Shown here piece after piece: positions 1 to 11,833 of a stretch of DNA of 64,000 nt. Source of the DNA: Macrostomum lignano (taxonomy: Eukaryota); NCBI GenBank assembly GCA_002269645.1, contig NIVC01000462.1, forward strand, positions 57,143 through 121,142, read 5' to 3'. Under the pieces are notes generated by a model. The model was not told the origin of the DNA, ran no database searches, and was given only the letters and a program-made list of their open reading frames with translations. Each line of letters begins with the position of its first letter. Positions within the stretch are counted from its first letter, which is position 1. Made by a program: the position numbers and the translations under genes.

Positions 1-181
1 CGTCCGGATCGCCTGTAGTCCAGCCTTGGACAGGAACAAGTCAGTCTTATCCCGCGCTTCGTCCGTGTCCGTAAGTTCTTAATGCGGGCCGTGGCGGAAA
101 GCTGCTGCTTCCATGCTCAGCGAGTTCAGGATCGTTGAGGTTGAGTTCTTGACTCTGAATTTCGCCTGCTTGCGACGCCAT
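1..181 (-). mobile_element. Possible 5' part of a degenerate gag-like ORF running off the window edge
   Basis: Minus strand reads MASQAGEIQSQELNLNDPELAEHG.. and, after a frame change, ELTDTDEARDKTDLFLSKAGLQAIRT. Loosely gag-like; no PBS or LTR pair confirmed. Confidence 0.2.
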
Positions 182-744
182 TGACGTGACGCGAAATCAG
201 GAGCTGATTGTTGTTTAATAACGAATGTGAATGCTTGCGATATATTTGTAGAATAGCCTAAGTACTTGACGAGTTGAAGACGAGAGAAATAGCTTAAATA
301 TTGTAAATATTGGATTTCACAGATGCACTGACACTGTGAGTGGAGAGAGTACAAATGATTAGAGACTTAAGGGGCGAGGCAATGGCTAGCGCTATGATGC
401 ACATGGAACAGAGTAGAGTACGCATAGAGTACACAATGATTAACTGAGTACACGCAGATCGCCAAGCTAGAAACAAGGTGACAAAGCTAAGTTAAATGAA
501 CAAGCCCCCACAGTTACCCAGCTCACAACCCAATCAACCGTCACTTCAAAAGTATTTTCGGCGCTATGATATATTCACCACATTCAGCATCTTACTGAAC
601 CACTCCATTCTTCGGCATTCCGATCTGGCTCTTCTGGGTACTCCATTCAGCTTCTTCTCAGTCACTCCTTCTGGCGTCTTTTAGGTTTCTCCGTTGTCGC
701 TTTTCTGAATAATTTAGGCCATTCTGTTTCGAAATTCCATGCAG

Positions 745-1018
745 ACCAGAACCTGTTCGTCCTTGGAAACCGGACCTTCGTCGAAGTCAGCGCTCAGGAT
801 GCGCCCGCCTTCAGAACGTCACCGCTGCTGAGCCCCTTGCGTGCGTTCTGCTGTGCCACTCCAGTTGCCAGGCGGTGATCTTCAGCCAGCAGCAGCGCCT
901 GTGCCACCTGCTGGAGTATGCTGCAGTGCCGGCCGCCCTCAGCAGCGCCAGCAGCGGCGACTTCTTTGTCCGCGTTGACAAAGGCTGTGCTGTACTAAGA
1001 GTAGTTTTTTCGTATTAA
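745..1018 (+). pseudogene. Orphan PAN/apple-domain exon with a frameshift, paralog of exon 2 of the WSC-PAN gene
   Basis: Acceptor CATGCAG at 744, same phase-1 entry as exon 2947-3191. Reads DQNLFVLGNRTFVEVS..; a 1-nt frameshift near 835 precedes LACVLLCHSSCQAVIFSQQQRLCHLLEYAAVPAALSSASSGDFFVR. DNA is near-identical to 3075-3185 over the core. No WSC exon is visible upstream. Confidence 0.7.
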
Positions 1019-1708
1019 ATTGATCCAAGTCTTTGTCTTAATTTTCTGTAAAATGAAATTCCGCCTTGTTTGTTTGTGTGTGTAGCTCGTACATCTTTCC
1101 TTTTTTTCTGCTCTCTCTTGAGCAGCACCAAGTAGTACGATTAGGAGTACACTCCTCTATTATTGATTGTACCGATGTAGAAACGACCTGGTAATGGATC
1201 AAGTACTTGCACTGTTACTTCACGCTTGTAGTCGCATCAAAGACTTTAATTCTATGCGATTTCAGAAGTAAAAGCTTCACGCCTTGCTGCCATTTTAGAG
1301 TTTTTTGCTAGCGGTATAATTTCCATTGGCTATGTCTTTTTCACCTCTTCATCGTAAAGGTATAAGGATTTGGCCGAATTCTTGTTATTGTTGCAACGTC
1401 GAATCTACATGTATATGTACGAGTAAATAGAATTTTTACGAGCTACGTGCTGTAAAGCGGGTGTGTTTAACTTCAATAAAGCAGGTGACTGTGGATTGCG
1501 TCGGGTAACCGTAAATTAAACACATTCGGAGTGAGCGGCTGACTAATATCTCTTCGAATACATTTATTGAATCCATTTAGCTGAATACTAAAAAGCATTA
1601 AAAATACAGTATAGGAGAGAGAGGGAGAAATCGTTAAATAAGATTTGACTAATAAAGAATCTGGCATGTGTCCATAAAGGTCGAAATTTCCAAACTGACC
1701 AAAGCAAG

Positions 1709-1853
1709 TGTGTCAGCACCTGTCCCATGCAGTGTTTGATTGTGTCAGCGCCTGTCACATGCAGTGTGCGATTGTGTCAGTGAATGTCACATGCAGTGTG
1801 CGATTGTGTCAGTGAATGTCACATGCAGTGTGCGGTTGTGTCAGTGAATGTCA
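1709..1853. repeat. 32-bp minisatellite, ~4.5 copies
   Basis: Unit TGTGTCAGTGAATGTCACATGCAGTGTGCGAT read directly. Confidence 0.85.
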
Positions 1854-2354
1854 GCAGCTACTAACCTTGTGTGAAGCGTGATTCGTGAAAGTGGTGAGAG
1901 AAGCATCACTTGAATAGGAGAAATTTTCCATAGAATAGGGGCTCTAAAAGATCCATCCTAGTCAGGCCACCTGCCGCGGTGTTTATTTCCCGTCACTCCA
2001 CCTGCCGAAAGAGCTACTGCCTTTCCGGTAAGTGTTTTCATCGCTGGCAATCGGCTCAATGGTTCATCTCAAATAGCGCAGAAAGTGAAAAAAAACCTGA
2101 GCTGCAAGCTTTTACGGGTAAAAACCAACAAAAAATGGGTTTATTTAAATGGATTTCCACGAGTTAATACATCCAGCTAATGCATTTCAATAAAAGCCAG
2201 ACAGCTCTTAATTAGCACTGCCGATAGACAAGTGGCTGCCTGTTAAGAATCTCCATAACAATTCGAATCGGCAAAACAGCAGTTTTTAGCCTTTCCTCAC
2301 AGAGGTTTGGAAATGCCTTGATAAAAATTCCAAACTGACGAACCCAGCCCAGCT

Positions 2355-3191
2355 ATGCTACTCTGCAAGATTTTCCTGTGCACCGCTCCAATCCTGAGCT
2401 GCCTGATCTGCGCCGCTCTGTGCCGCCAGTTCCGGACCTCGGACCTCGGCTGCTTCGTTGACTTCGCGAATGGCAAGAGAGAAATGTCAGGCATGAAGCA
2501 CCTCGGTCTATCACGGATTGGCAGCTCCAGCGTAATACAATATGGCGAAGGTGTCATGACTGCTCTCTTCAGCAACCAGATGACTCACGAGCTGTGCGGC
2601 AGCATCTGCGCTCTGGGCGGCTTTCAGATCGCTGCTTTGCAATCGAAATCCTGGTGCTTCTGCGGCAACTCCCACGGGTCGCAGGGCGCTGCTCCTGACT
2701 GGGAGTGCAAAGACGCTTGTCGTGGAAATTCTAGCCAGAACTGCGGAGGCGACTACCGAAACAGAGTTCTTCAGATGAGCTGCACCAACGGTGAGCTGTG
2801 TTTAGCGCCTCGTTCTGTTGCTATTGGATTTTATAGAAACGCTCATAATCGCCGTATTTGCGCATTTACGAGTAAATAGCAAGTTTTACAATCATTTTGT
2901 TGCCACTGAATTCCAACACGATTCGAATTCTGCTACCGGCTTGCAGGGGACATTCTCTTCGTCCTTGGAAAACGGACCTTCGTCGAGATCAGCGTCTTTG
3001 ATGCGCTGACCCTCGAGACAGTCAGCGCTCCGGATCTCCAAGAGTGCGCGCTCTGGTGTGTTCTCAAAAGTGCCGATTGCCAGGCGGTGATCTTCAGCCA
3101 GCAGCAGCGCCTGTGCCACCTGCTGGAGTTCGCTGCGGTCCCGGCCGCGCACAACAGCACCAGCAGCGGCGACTTCTTTGTTCGTGGCTAA
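2355..3191 (+). CDS. Secreted WSC-domain + PAN/apple-domain protein, 226 aa, 2 exons
   Basis: Exons 2355-2790 and 2947-3191 (GTGAG..TTGCAG, phase 1 in frame). Hydrophobic N-terminal signal-like segment; WSC Cys pattern (LGCFVD..MTHELCGSIC..WCFCGN..CKDACRGNSSQNCGG..NRV); PAN-like pattern (ECALWC..DCQAVIF..RLCHLL); stop TAA 3189-3191. Confidence 0.8.
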
Positions 3192-4021
3192 AAGTGGAAA
3201 CAGAGCTGATGCTGGCGCAGTTAAGCACATTTACTCGACTCTATGTTATTTCCTTTTATTATTATTTGTTGTTTGGGCGTCTCAGCATAGTTTTCCAACT
3301 CAAATTCAAGTCAAACTAATGGCCCCTATTTGATGCCATACTCACAGCACAGAGCCATACTTTGTCTCCTGTGCCTCCATCCTGGTCGGCCAGTCCAGAC
3401 TCTGGCCTCTATCTCAGCCTTGCCGTCTGTCATCTTTAGCTCTTTAGATACATTACATAGCAACCAAATAGTATTCGCTTCTTAGTGTTAATCTAATTGA
3501 TCAATTTTTGTTATTCTAGGCTAACATAATGCGTCATTCGGTCTTATCGCACTGTCTGCAGAGATGTGAAAGTAAAAAAACGGAATAAATGATTATGAAA
3601 ACGTCAATTTGCACCGCGCGTATCTTTAATCACAATTAAATGTTTTTCATTTCCACTGGTGCAATAAACGAAAAAATAGGTTTTTTTGGCAAAATTCGAA
3701 GTTTGCACTTTCTACGACAGAATTCGTTGCATGGTAACCTGTGCATTTGACTGAATTGGGTCATCAGCCAAACTGAATTATATAGATTTCACCTACACAG
3801 ACATTTAATGGGAGTCCTTCATTTGTGTTTTACCATCGATATTTAGTGACAGTGGGAGTGTAATGCTTTAAATCTAATGCGGAAGTGAAAGCCATTTTGT
3901 CATAGATTTCATTTGCGCCCACTGTAAGACTTGGCTTCGTATATAAGTGCCCTAAGCAGCCTATCCATTTTGTTTACTTCACTCACAAATTCTTAAAATG
4001 GTTGTTTTTATTCTTCTTTTA

Positions 4022-4572
4022 CCGTAGTCGTCATGGCCGTACGGGCGCAACCACTCTCATGCACCTGCCTCCTCCGCCACTGCCTGTCCTTTGCTGCTCT
4101 TCTTAGCCTCTCCATTATCCATCCGGTCCATTCTTTCAAGTCATCTTCCCGCTGTCTTTTCGGTCTTTCTCTTCTTTTTTCACCTCCTACTTATTTCTTG
4201 AATACTGACAGTTGCCATGGCCCTTCCTCGGCTGAATTCGTAATATTTCATGGTTTCTCCATAGATTCTGGTTCCTTTCCCAATACCTCCTTAACTTTTC
4301 TCTAAGCCCAGGCATTTGTCTTTTTATCTTTTTCATGAAATCCTTAGCATTCTTCTGTAACATGTCATTTCAAACGCTTTGAGTGTCTTCCATACTTTTC
4401 ATACCCAGAGTCCAGCTCTCGCATTCATGCATGTAGAGCGGTATCGCCCATTTGATCGCTTTTGTGATCTTGAGGCGATTCTTCAAACCGACTCCTTTTT
4501 AGTCACCAAAGTTCATAAAGCTGTTGTGTGCCCCTTTCACGAAAACGACGCCTATGCCATCTTAACCTATTG
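4022..4572 (-). mobile_element. 5'-truncated, degenerate RTE-clade LINE 3' fragment
   Basis: Minus-strand translation with stops and frameshifts gives RTE RT C-terminal motifs: ..CESWTL.., KAFEMTCYRRMLRIS*KDKKTNAW, KRRERPKRQREDDLKEWTG, AAKDRQWR. Confidence 0.8.
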
Positions 4573-5117
4573 GGAAGCTGCGACCTCCAGGTCCCCAGCC
4601 AGAGCACCCGCCAACGGAGGCAGCGGCGGCTGCCCACTCGACAGCAGCTTCATTATGTTTTTAATTTGGCCTACGAGTACATGAATATTAAATAAGGTAA
4701 GAAAGAATGTGCGGTACGGTAGGGTGAGGTGCGAGGTGGCGTGATCAGCGTGCGCACTGGTTGAGAAAACTGGAGGGCAGGGGCAGACTGGGCGCGAGAA
4801 CAAAAAAAGGGCACTATTGCACAAGCCTTGTCATTGAGCTGGTTGCAACGCCTATTCCGATTCTGATCTCTTCCTCCTCTGATTCTGATTCTCCATGATG
4901 GTTGCCCCCCCCCCAGATTGACAGAGTGACGGATCGAGCTGAAACTTTATTTTTGCAGTGTTCTTAGTTGCACATTTTTTTCCTGTCAAACGGCGTTCTA
5001 AAAAATTTTTGCAGAGCAGAGATTTTGTTAATTTTCGAATATCAATCTGAATATCGATCGGGAAACAAATGCGTGGTATATATAGCATTTCCCGGTCAAT
5101 TTGGTCCTAGAATCACT

Positions 5118-7714
5118 CAATTTAATCCGCAATAGAGAACTCCAATTCATTCCGCCGTCACTAGAGATATGTCTATGACCAAATATGCTGTTTTTTCAAT
5201 TTAATCCGCAATAGAGAACTCCAATTCATTCCGCCGTCACTAGAGATATGTCTATGACCAAATATGCTGTTTTTTCAATTTAATCCGCAATAGAGAACTC
5301 CAATTCATTCCGCCGTCACTAGAGATATGTCTATGACCAAATATGCTGTTTTTTCAATTTAATCCGCAATAGAGAACTCCAATTCATTCCGCCGTCACTA
5401 GAGATATGTCTATGACCAAATATGCTGTTTTTCAATTTAATCCGCAATAGAGAACTCCAATTCATTCCGCCGTCACTAGAGATATGTCTATGACCAAATA
5501 TGCTGTTTTTTCAATTTAATCCGCAATAGAGAACTCCAATTCATTCCGCCGTCACTAGAGATATGTCTATGACCAAATATGCTGTTTTTTCAATTTAATC
5601 CGCAATAGAGAACTCCAATTCATTCCGCCGTCACTAGAGATATGTCTATGACCAAATATGCTGTTTTTCAATTTAATCCGCAATAGAGAACTCCAATTCA
5701 TTCCGCCGTCACTAGAGATATGTCTATGACCAAATATGCTGTTTTTTCAATTTAATCCGCAATAGAGAACTCCAATTCATTCCGCCGTCACTAGAGATAT
5801 GTCTATGACCAAATATGCTGTTTTTCAATTTAATCCGCAATAGAGAACTCCAATTCATTCCGCCGTCACTAGAGATATGTCTATGACCAAATATGCTGTT
5901 TTTTCAATTTAATCCGCAATAGAGAACTCCAATTCATTCCGCCGTCACTAGAGATATGTCTATGACCAAATATGCTGTTTTTTCAATTTAATCCGCAATA
6001 GAGAACTCCAATTCAGTCCGCCGTCACTAGAGATATGTCTATGACCAAATATGCTGTTTTTCAATTTAATCCGCAATAGAGAACTCCAATTCATTCCGCC
6101 GTCACTAGAGATATGTCTATGACCAAATATGCTGTTTTTTCAATTTAATCCGCAATAGAGAACTCCAATTCATTCCGCCGTCACTAGAGATATGTCTATG
6201 ACCAAATATGCTGTTTTTTTCAATTTAATCCGCAATAGAGAACTCCAATTCATTCCGCCGTCACTAGAGATATGTCTATGACCAAATATGCTGTTTTTTC
6301 AATTTAATCCGCAATAGAGAACTCCAATTCATTCCGCCGTCACTAGAGATATGTCTATGACCAAATATGCTGTTTTTTCAATTTAATCCGCAATAGAGAA
6401 CTCCAATTCATTCCGCCGTCACTAGAGATATGTCTATGACCAAATATGCTGTTTTTTCAATTTAATCCGCAATAGAGAACTCCAATTCATTCCGCCGTCA
6501 CTAGAGATATGTCTATGACCAAATATGCTGTTTTTTCAATTTAATCCGCAATAGAGAACTCCAATTCATTCCGCCGTCACTAGAGATATGTCTATGACCA
6601 AATATGCTGTTTTTCAATTTAATCCGCAATAGAGAACTCCAATTCATTCCGCCGTCACTAGAGATATGTCTATGACCAAATATGCTGTTTTTCAATTTAA
6701 TCCGCAATAGAGAACTCCAATTCATTCCGCCGTCACTAGAGATATGTCTATGACCAAATATGCTGTTTTTTCAATTTAATCCGCAATAGAGAACTCCAAT
6801 TCATTCCGCCGTCACTAGAGATATGTCTATGACCAAATATGCTGTTTTTTCAATTTAATCCGCAATAGAGAACTCCAATTCAGTCCGCCGTCACTAGAGA
6901 TATGTCTATGACCAAATATGCTGTTTTTCAATTTAATCCGCAATAGAGAACTCCAATTCATTCCGCCGTCACTAGAGATATGTCTATGACCAAATATGCT
7001 GTTTTTTCAATTTAATCCGCAATAGAGAACTCCAATTCATTCCGCCGTCACTAGAGATATGTCTATGACCAAATATGCTGTTTTTTTCAATTTAATCCGC
7101 AATAGAGAACTCCAATTCATTCCGCCGTCACTAGAGATATGTCTATGACCAAATATGCTGTTTTTTCAATTTAATCCGCAATAGAGAACTCCAATTCATT
7201 CCGCCGTCACTAGAGATATGTCTATGACCAAATATGCTGTTTTTTCAATTTAATCCGCAATAGAGAACTCCAATTCATTCCGCCGTCACTAGAGATATGT
7301 CTATGACCAAATATGCTGTTTTTTCAATTTAATCCGCAATAGAGAACTCCAATTCATTCCGCCGTCACTAGAGATATGTCTATGACCAAATATGCTGTTT
7401 TTTCAATTTAATCCGCAATAGAGAACTCCAATTCATTCCGCCGTCACTAGAGATATGTCTATGACCAAATATGCTGTTTTTCAATTTAATCCGCAATAGA
7501 GAACTCCAATTCATTCCGCCGTCACTAGAGATATGTCTATGACCAAATATGCTGTTTTTCAATTTAATCCGCAATAGAGAACTCCAATTCATTCCGCCGT
7601 CACTAGAGATATGTCTATGACCAAATATGCTGTTTTTTCAATTTAATCCGCAATAGAGAACTCCAATTCATTCCGCCGTCACTAGAGATATGTCTATGAC
7701 CAAATATGCTGTTT
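5118..7714. repeat. 79-bp satellite, ~33 near-identical copies
   Basis: Unit CAATTTAATCCGCAATAGAGAACTCCAATTCATTCCGCCGTCACTAGAGATATGTCTATGACCAAATATGCTG(T)5-7. Variation is almost only T-run length plus one recurrent T>G (6016, 6883). Confidence 0.97.
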
Positions 7715-8435
7715 GGTTCCACTCAATTTAATCCTGGGGGCACTTATTTCGCGTATTTATTTTAAAAGCCGTTATAATAAGCAAGAATGAGTGACTCGGA
7801 AAGTAGCGCCAGCTTTGTCACTGCTGACGGAGAAGGAAATCAGGGAAGGAAATTAAAGACCATTAAAAGCAACCATTTTGGCCATAGAAAATGAAAAGCA
7901 AGTTTTTACAAAGTAATAGCTTTATTTCCTTACTAACGATTAAAATCTTTGCTCCGAGGCTCTATTTTCTATTTAAAATGCTGTTAAATTTCGCAGACAT
8001 AGATGGTCGAATCTGCTTTTCTAATTATTGCACTGACGCAAGTTTTATTTTTATTACGTGTCGTACTAGGTACTTGCGCTGCTTCTAGAAAGTTCTGCTA
8101 GTTTCTATTTCAAGCTTTTTCTTTCGTCATTTTATTCGTTTTTCATTCGGTCTAACCAGGCCTCACTATGGTTATCTATTCAAGTATACTCGTACTTATA
8201 TTTATGAAGTTATTACTGAACAGCCTGCTGTACAGTTTCTTGTATACAGTAGCCTTGCATCTTGAGCTGTACCCACCCAGTGCGAGCCTACGTACCATAA
8301 GCAGATTGAGATATAGACCAAAACAATATAAATGCATGCATACCAGGGGTAGCATAGTTACAGAACGAATAGAAAAAATAGAAACCGAAAATAAGAAGAC
8401 AGCTGAATTTCGTCTTTGTGTTTTGTAGCCTTACA

Positions 8436-9914
8436 ATGAGTGACGATTTTCCGGAGTACCTTGACTACCTGACAGATTGTATCAACGGACTGAATTCAGG
8501 AAAGTATCGCATTCTCACGGACGGCAACTATTCAGCATCATCATTAATTGTCATTGACAATTTCGGGAAAATAAAAAACGGAAAATGCATCCCGGAATGG
8601 GTCTTCCGATTGGATAAACCGCACAAGGGCTGCAATTACAGCCATTTGAATATTAACAGCAAAATGTTTGGCATTCCAGATCCGCACACTCCAATTCCAG
8701 ATTGGATGGTTAAATATGGAAAAACGTTCGGAAAAGGCGCTAAGGTAGCAGGAAAATTATTTTCCATCGTCGGCATAGTAGCAGATATATACAATGTTTG
8801 TAAAAGCGTGGTAAAAGATTATAGAGAGAATGGATCTGTTGAGTCTGCTGTTGCTACTGGAGCAAAAACCGCCGCTCCAGTCGTCGGTTCTCGCATGGCT
8901 TGTCCAGCTGGAGCCTCAGGTGAGAGAGACTGCCAGTTATATTAATGTGAGGCACTCGCAAACTTCTACAGTGTATGTAAGTACAGGTAGCATATAGCAG
9001 TTCCCAATGATATCTAGTCGCGTAACTATTGCAATATATACATGTATGCTACTGAGCAGGCGTAAAGCGGTGCTGGCCTTTACGGATACGAGTAGCTATT
9101 ATAACAGTTCTGGCAAATTCCGAAAGAACAAAAACCAAGGCAGCAATTACCGGTTGATTTCAGTTCTAATTGTGATAGCCTAGTTTGTGCTGGCTGCTGA
9201 TATTGAGTCCGTTTATTGTTTGTATACTGGATTCTAGTCTCTTGGTAGAAATTATTTTTGTCTCTTTGCCTTTACGTCCCTCTCTACATGTATTTGAAAC
9301 AGGTTTGGTATAGTATTTGTTTTGTATTTGAACAGGTTTTCTCTCAGTTTGGTGTCAAAACACAGGCGGAGGAATTGAGCTAACTCAACCCCAGCTAAGC
9401 GTCGGCCAATAAATATACCCAAAAAACCGACCCAAACAAAATGGAGAGAGAAAAACAGGGCAAAAGGCACAGCCAATCAGCGCGGCCCGCAGGGCAGAGC
9501 TGACAAACCATGGAAGGGGCAGAGCCACGCACGGCTGAAAGAAATGAGAGAGAAAGAGAGCTTACAGTTAACCTATCACCCTACAGCGCAGGCGATCACG
9601 ATGGGGTGGGGCCTATAATGCTCGCACCGGGGAACACGGCATCCAACCCCCTCCCCCCCCTCCAACCAGTCGGTACATCGTTTGGAGTGGCCGGCCCAAA
9701 GCGCAAAATTAAAGACAAATAAATGTATGACAGAAAAATTTTACTATTGAGCAAGCAATCAATCCTTAGTGACCAACCTGATCTCATTTTAACAGCTGGA
9801 GCGGTAATTGGCACTGCCATACTACCTGGTGTTGGCACCGTTGTTGGAAGCATCTGTGGCTCTCTTTTGGCGACATTCGCTGCTGACGAAATAGTGCACA
9901 AATCGGTTCACTAG
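8436..9914 (+). CDS. Uncharacterised 200-aa protein with His-rich motif, amphipathic helix and C-terminal glycine zipper (copy 1), 2 exons
   Basis: Exons 8436-8919 (donor CAG|GTGAGA) and 9796-9914 (acceptor TTAACAG), phase 1 in frame. Motif RLDKPHKGCNYSHLNINSKMFGIPDPH is conserved in the paralog. C-terminus GASAGAVIGTAILPGVGTVVGSICGSLLATFAADEIVHKSVH*. No signal peptide. Confidence 0.75.
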
Positions 9915-11152
9915 TTCTCTGACTAACTACTAAAGTTCTGTACTGGAGAATGAAGTTGCTCGATGTAGACTGCGATTTCATGATTGGATTCGATTCTGAA
10001 ATGCACCCAGCAGCATGTTAAAGTTTCCACGCCAAAACCAGTGGTCAACTTTCCTCAGATCTCAGCCCCAAGTGACACAATTCACACCACGTCCGCGGGC
10101 TCGTATGAGCTGATCAAGCTGATATGAAGAGAAATAAACTGATACTAGTGCATTACCAATTGAGAATATTAGGAATTAGTTTGTTATTTATTTATCAAAT
10201 CTCCACTTACATTGTTTGAATCATTATCGCAAAAACAGACTTTTTTATTTTTGGGTGGAAACTTTAACATGTTGCTGAGTGTATATTAAGTAGTTTACAT
10301 ATGTAATATTTATGTATATAGTAATGCCCTGTGTCTACCAAAAATTTACCAATGTCTTTGTTTAAAACACACTTCTCTTAGATTGTGTTTACATGTACCG
10401 TACATTAAGTGCTATTTATATCCCCACAAGTAGAAATCGATACTTTATAGCAATAGAAAATTAACGCAAGAAGGAAACCCGAGGTTAATGAGGGATCGAA
10501 ATATGAGCAGTGCTGTAGCATCGGCCTAGATAGATTAGCTCCAGTCTCATCTGGAACCAAATGTAAAAATATAAAATAGAGATTTTGGCCTCTAAAATCC
10601 TCAGAATCCGGCTCTGCGGTGGTGCAGGACCGTCTACGGAAACTGTATGTAGTTCTTACCGGTGGTTGTACTTTGGCTCCGGCATTACGAGTAACTGTGA
10701 CTGTCCTTCTTGGGAACTACAAGATACAATGACGTTGCACAGTCGAAAGTCCTTGAAAGTCGAATTTGTTTTTCTAAATTTTGCAGTGACGCGAGTTTTC
10801 ATTATTTTTATCACGAGCGTACGTGCGTATTACGCATTAGGTACTTGTGCTGCTTCCAGAAAGTTCTGCTATTTTATATTTCAATCTTTTTCTTTCGTCT
10901 CCGTGTTAATTCTGTCTGACCAGGCCTTGCTGCCCAAATCTATCCAAGTACACTGCAGAAGACTCCCGCATCTCGATCAGTACCTGCAAACGTACTGAAC
11001 CGATGTACTTACCGAAGTATCGAAGTACCGAATATCTAAATAGTATAAATATATAAAGGATGCAAAACGAATAGAATAATTAGAAACGAAAAATAAGGAG
11101 ACAGCTAGGTGAGTTTCGTTTTTTTGTATTTCGTGTTCGACGTGGCCTCAGA

Positions 11153-11833
11153 ATGAGTGACGACAACAGTCCTGAGTACCTTGACTACCTGACAGATATC
11201 ATCAACGGACTTGATTCTGGGAAATATCGCGTTGTCACGGACGGCCACACTTCGACATTTATAGTCATCGACATGTTCGGGAAAATAAAAAACAGAAAAT
11301 ACATCCCGGAATGGGTCTTCCAATCGGATAAAGCGCATAAGGGCTGCAACTACTCCCATTTGAATATTAACAGCAAAATGTTTGGCATCCCAGATCCGCA
11401 CACTCAAATTCCAGATTGGATGGTTAACAATGGAACGATGTTTGGAAAAGGCGCTAAGAAAGCAGGAAAATTCTTAAACATATTTGGAATAGCTGTAGAT
11501 GCAGCCAATGTTGGTAAAAGCATGACAAAAGATTATAGAGAGAATGGATCCGTTACATCTGCTTTTGCTAATGGAATGAAAGCCGCTGTTCCAATTGGCG
11601 CCTCTCGCCTGGCTGGTGCAACTGCATGGAGCCTCAGGTGAGTGAGACTGCTAAATTCTATGAATGTGTGCTATTGGGACTTTTGTCTTGTTTTATCGGC
11701 TACACAATTAATATATATGGCAGAAAATGTTGCCGTTGAGCTCAGGGACAAAACCTAATCTCCTTCAACAGCTGGGGCGGCAATCGGGACTGCCATGCTA
11801 CCCGGTGTTGGCACCGTTGTTAGAAGCGTCTGA
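11153..11833 (+). pseudogene. Paralog (copy 2) of the glycine-zipper protein, truncated or pseudogenising
   Basis: Exon 11153-11637 is clearly homologous to copy 1, but a 4-nt insertion before the donor shifts the phase. Exon 2 (from 11772; AGAAIGTAMLPGVGTVVRSV*) has an internal deletion relative to copy 1. Confidence 0.65.

Noticed and set aside
2892-3230. Minus-strand ORFs at 2892-3230; similarly 24878-25978, 43364-43953, 45839-46645 and 49938-50318
   Set aside because: Antisense shadows of GC-rich real exons or gag.
5118-7714. CRISPR-like appearance of the regular 79-bp array (also the 68-bp and 55-bp arrays)
   Set aside because: Whole units are repeated with no unique spacers; no cas genes; eukaryotic intron-exon context.
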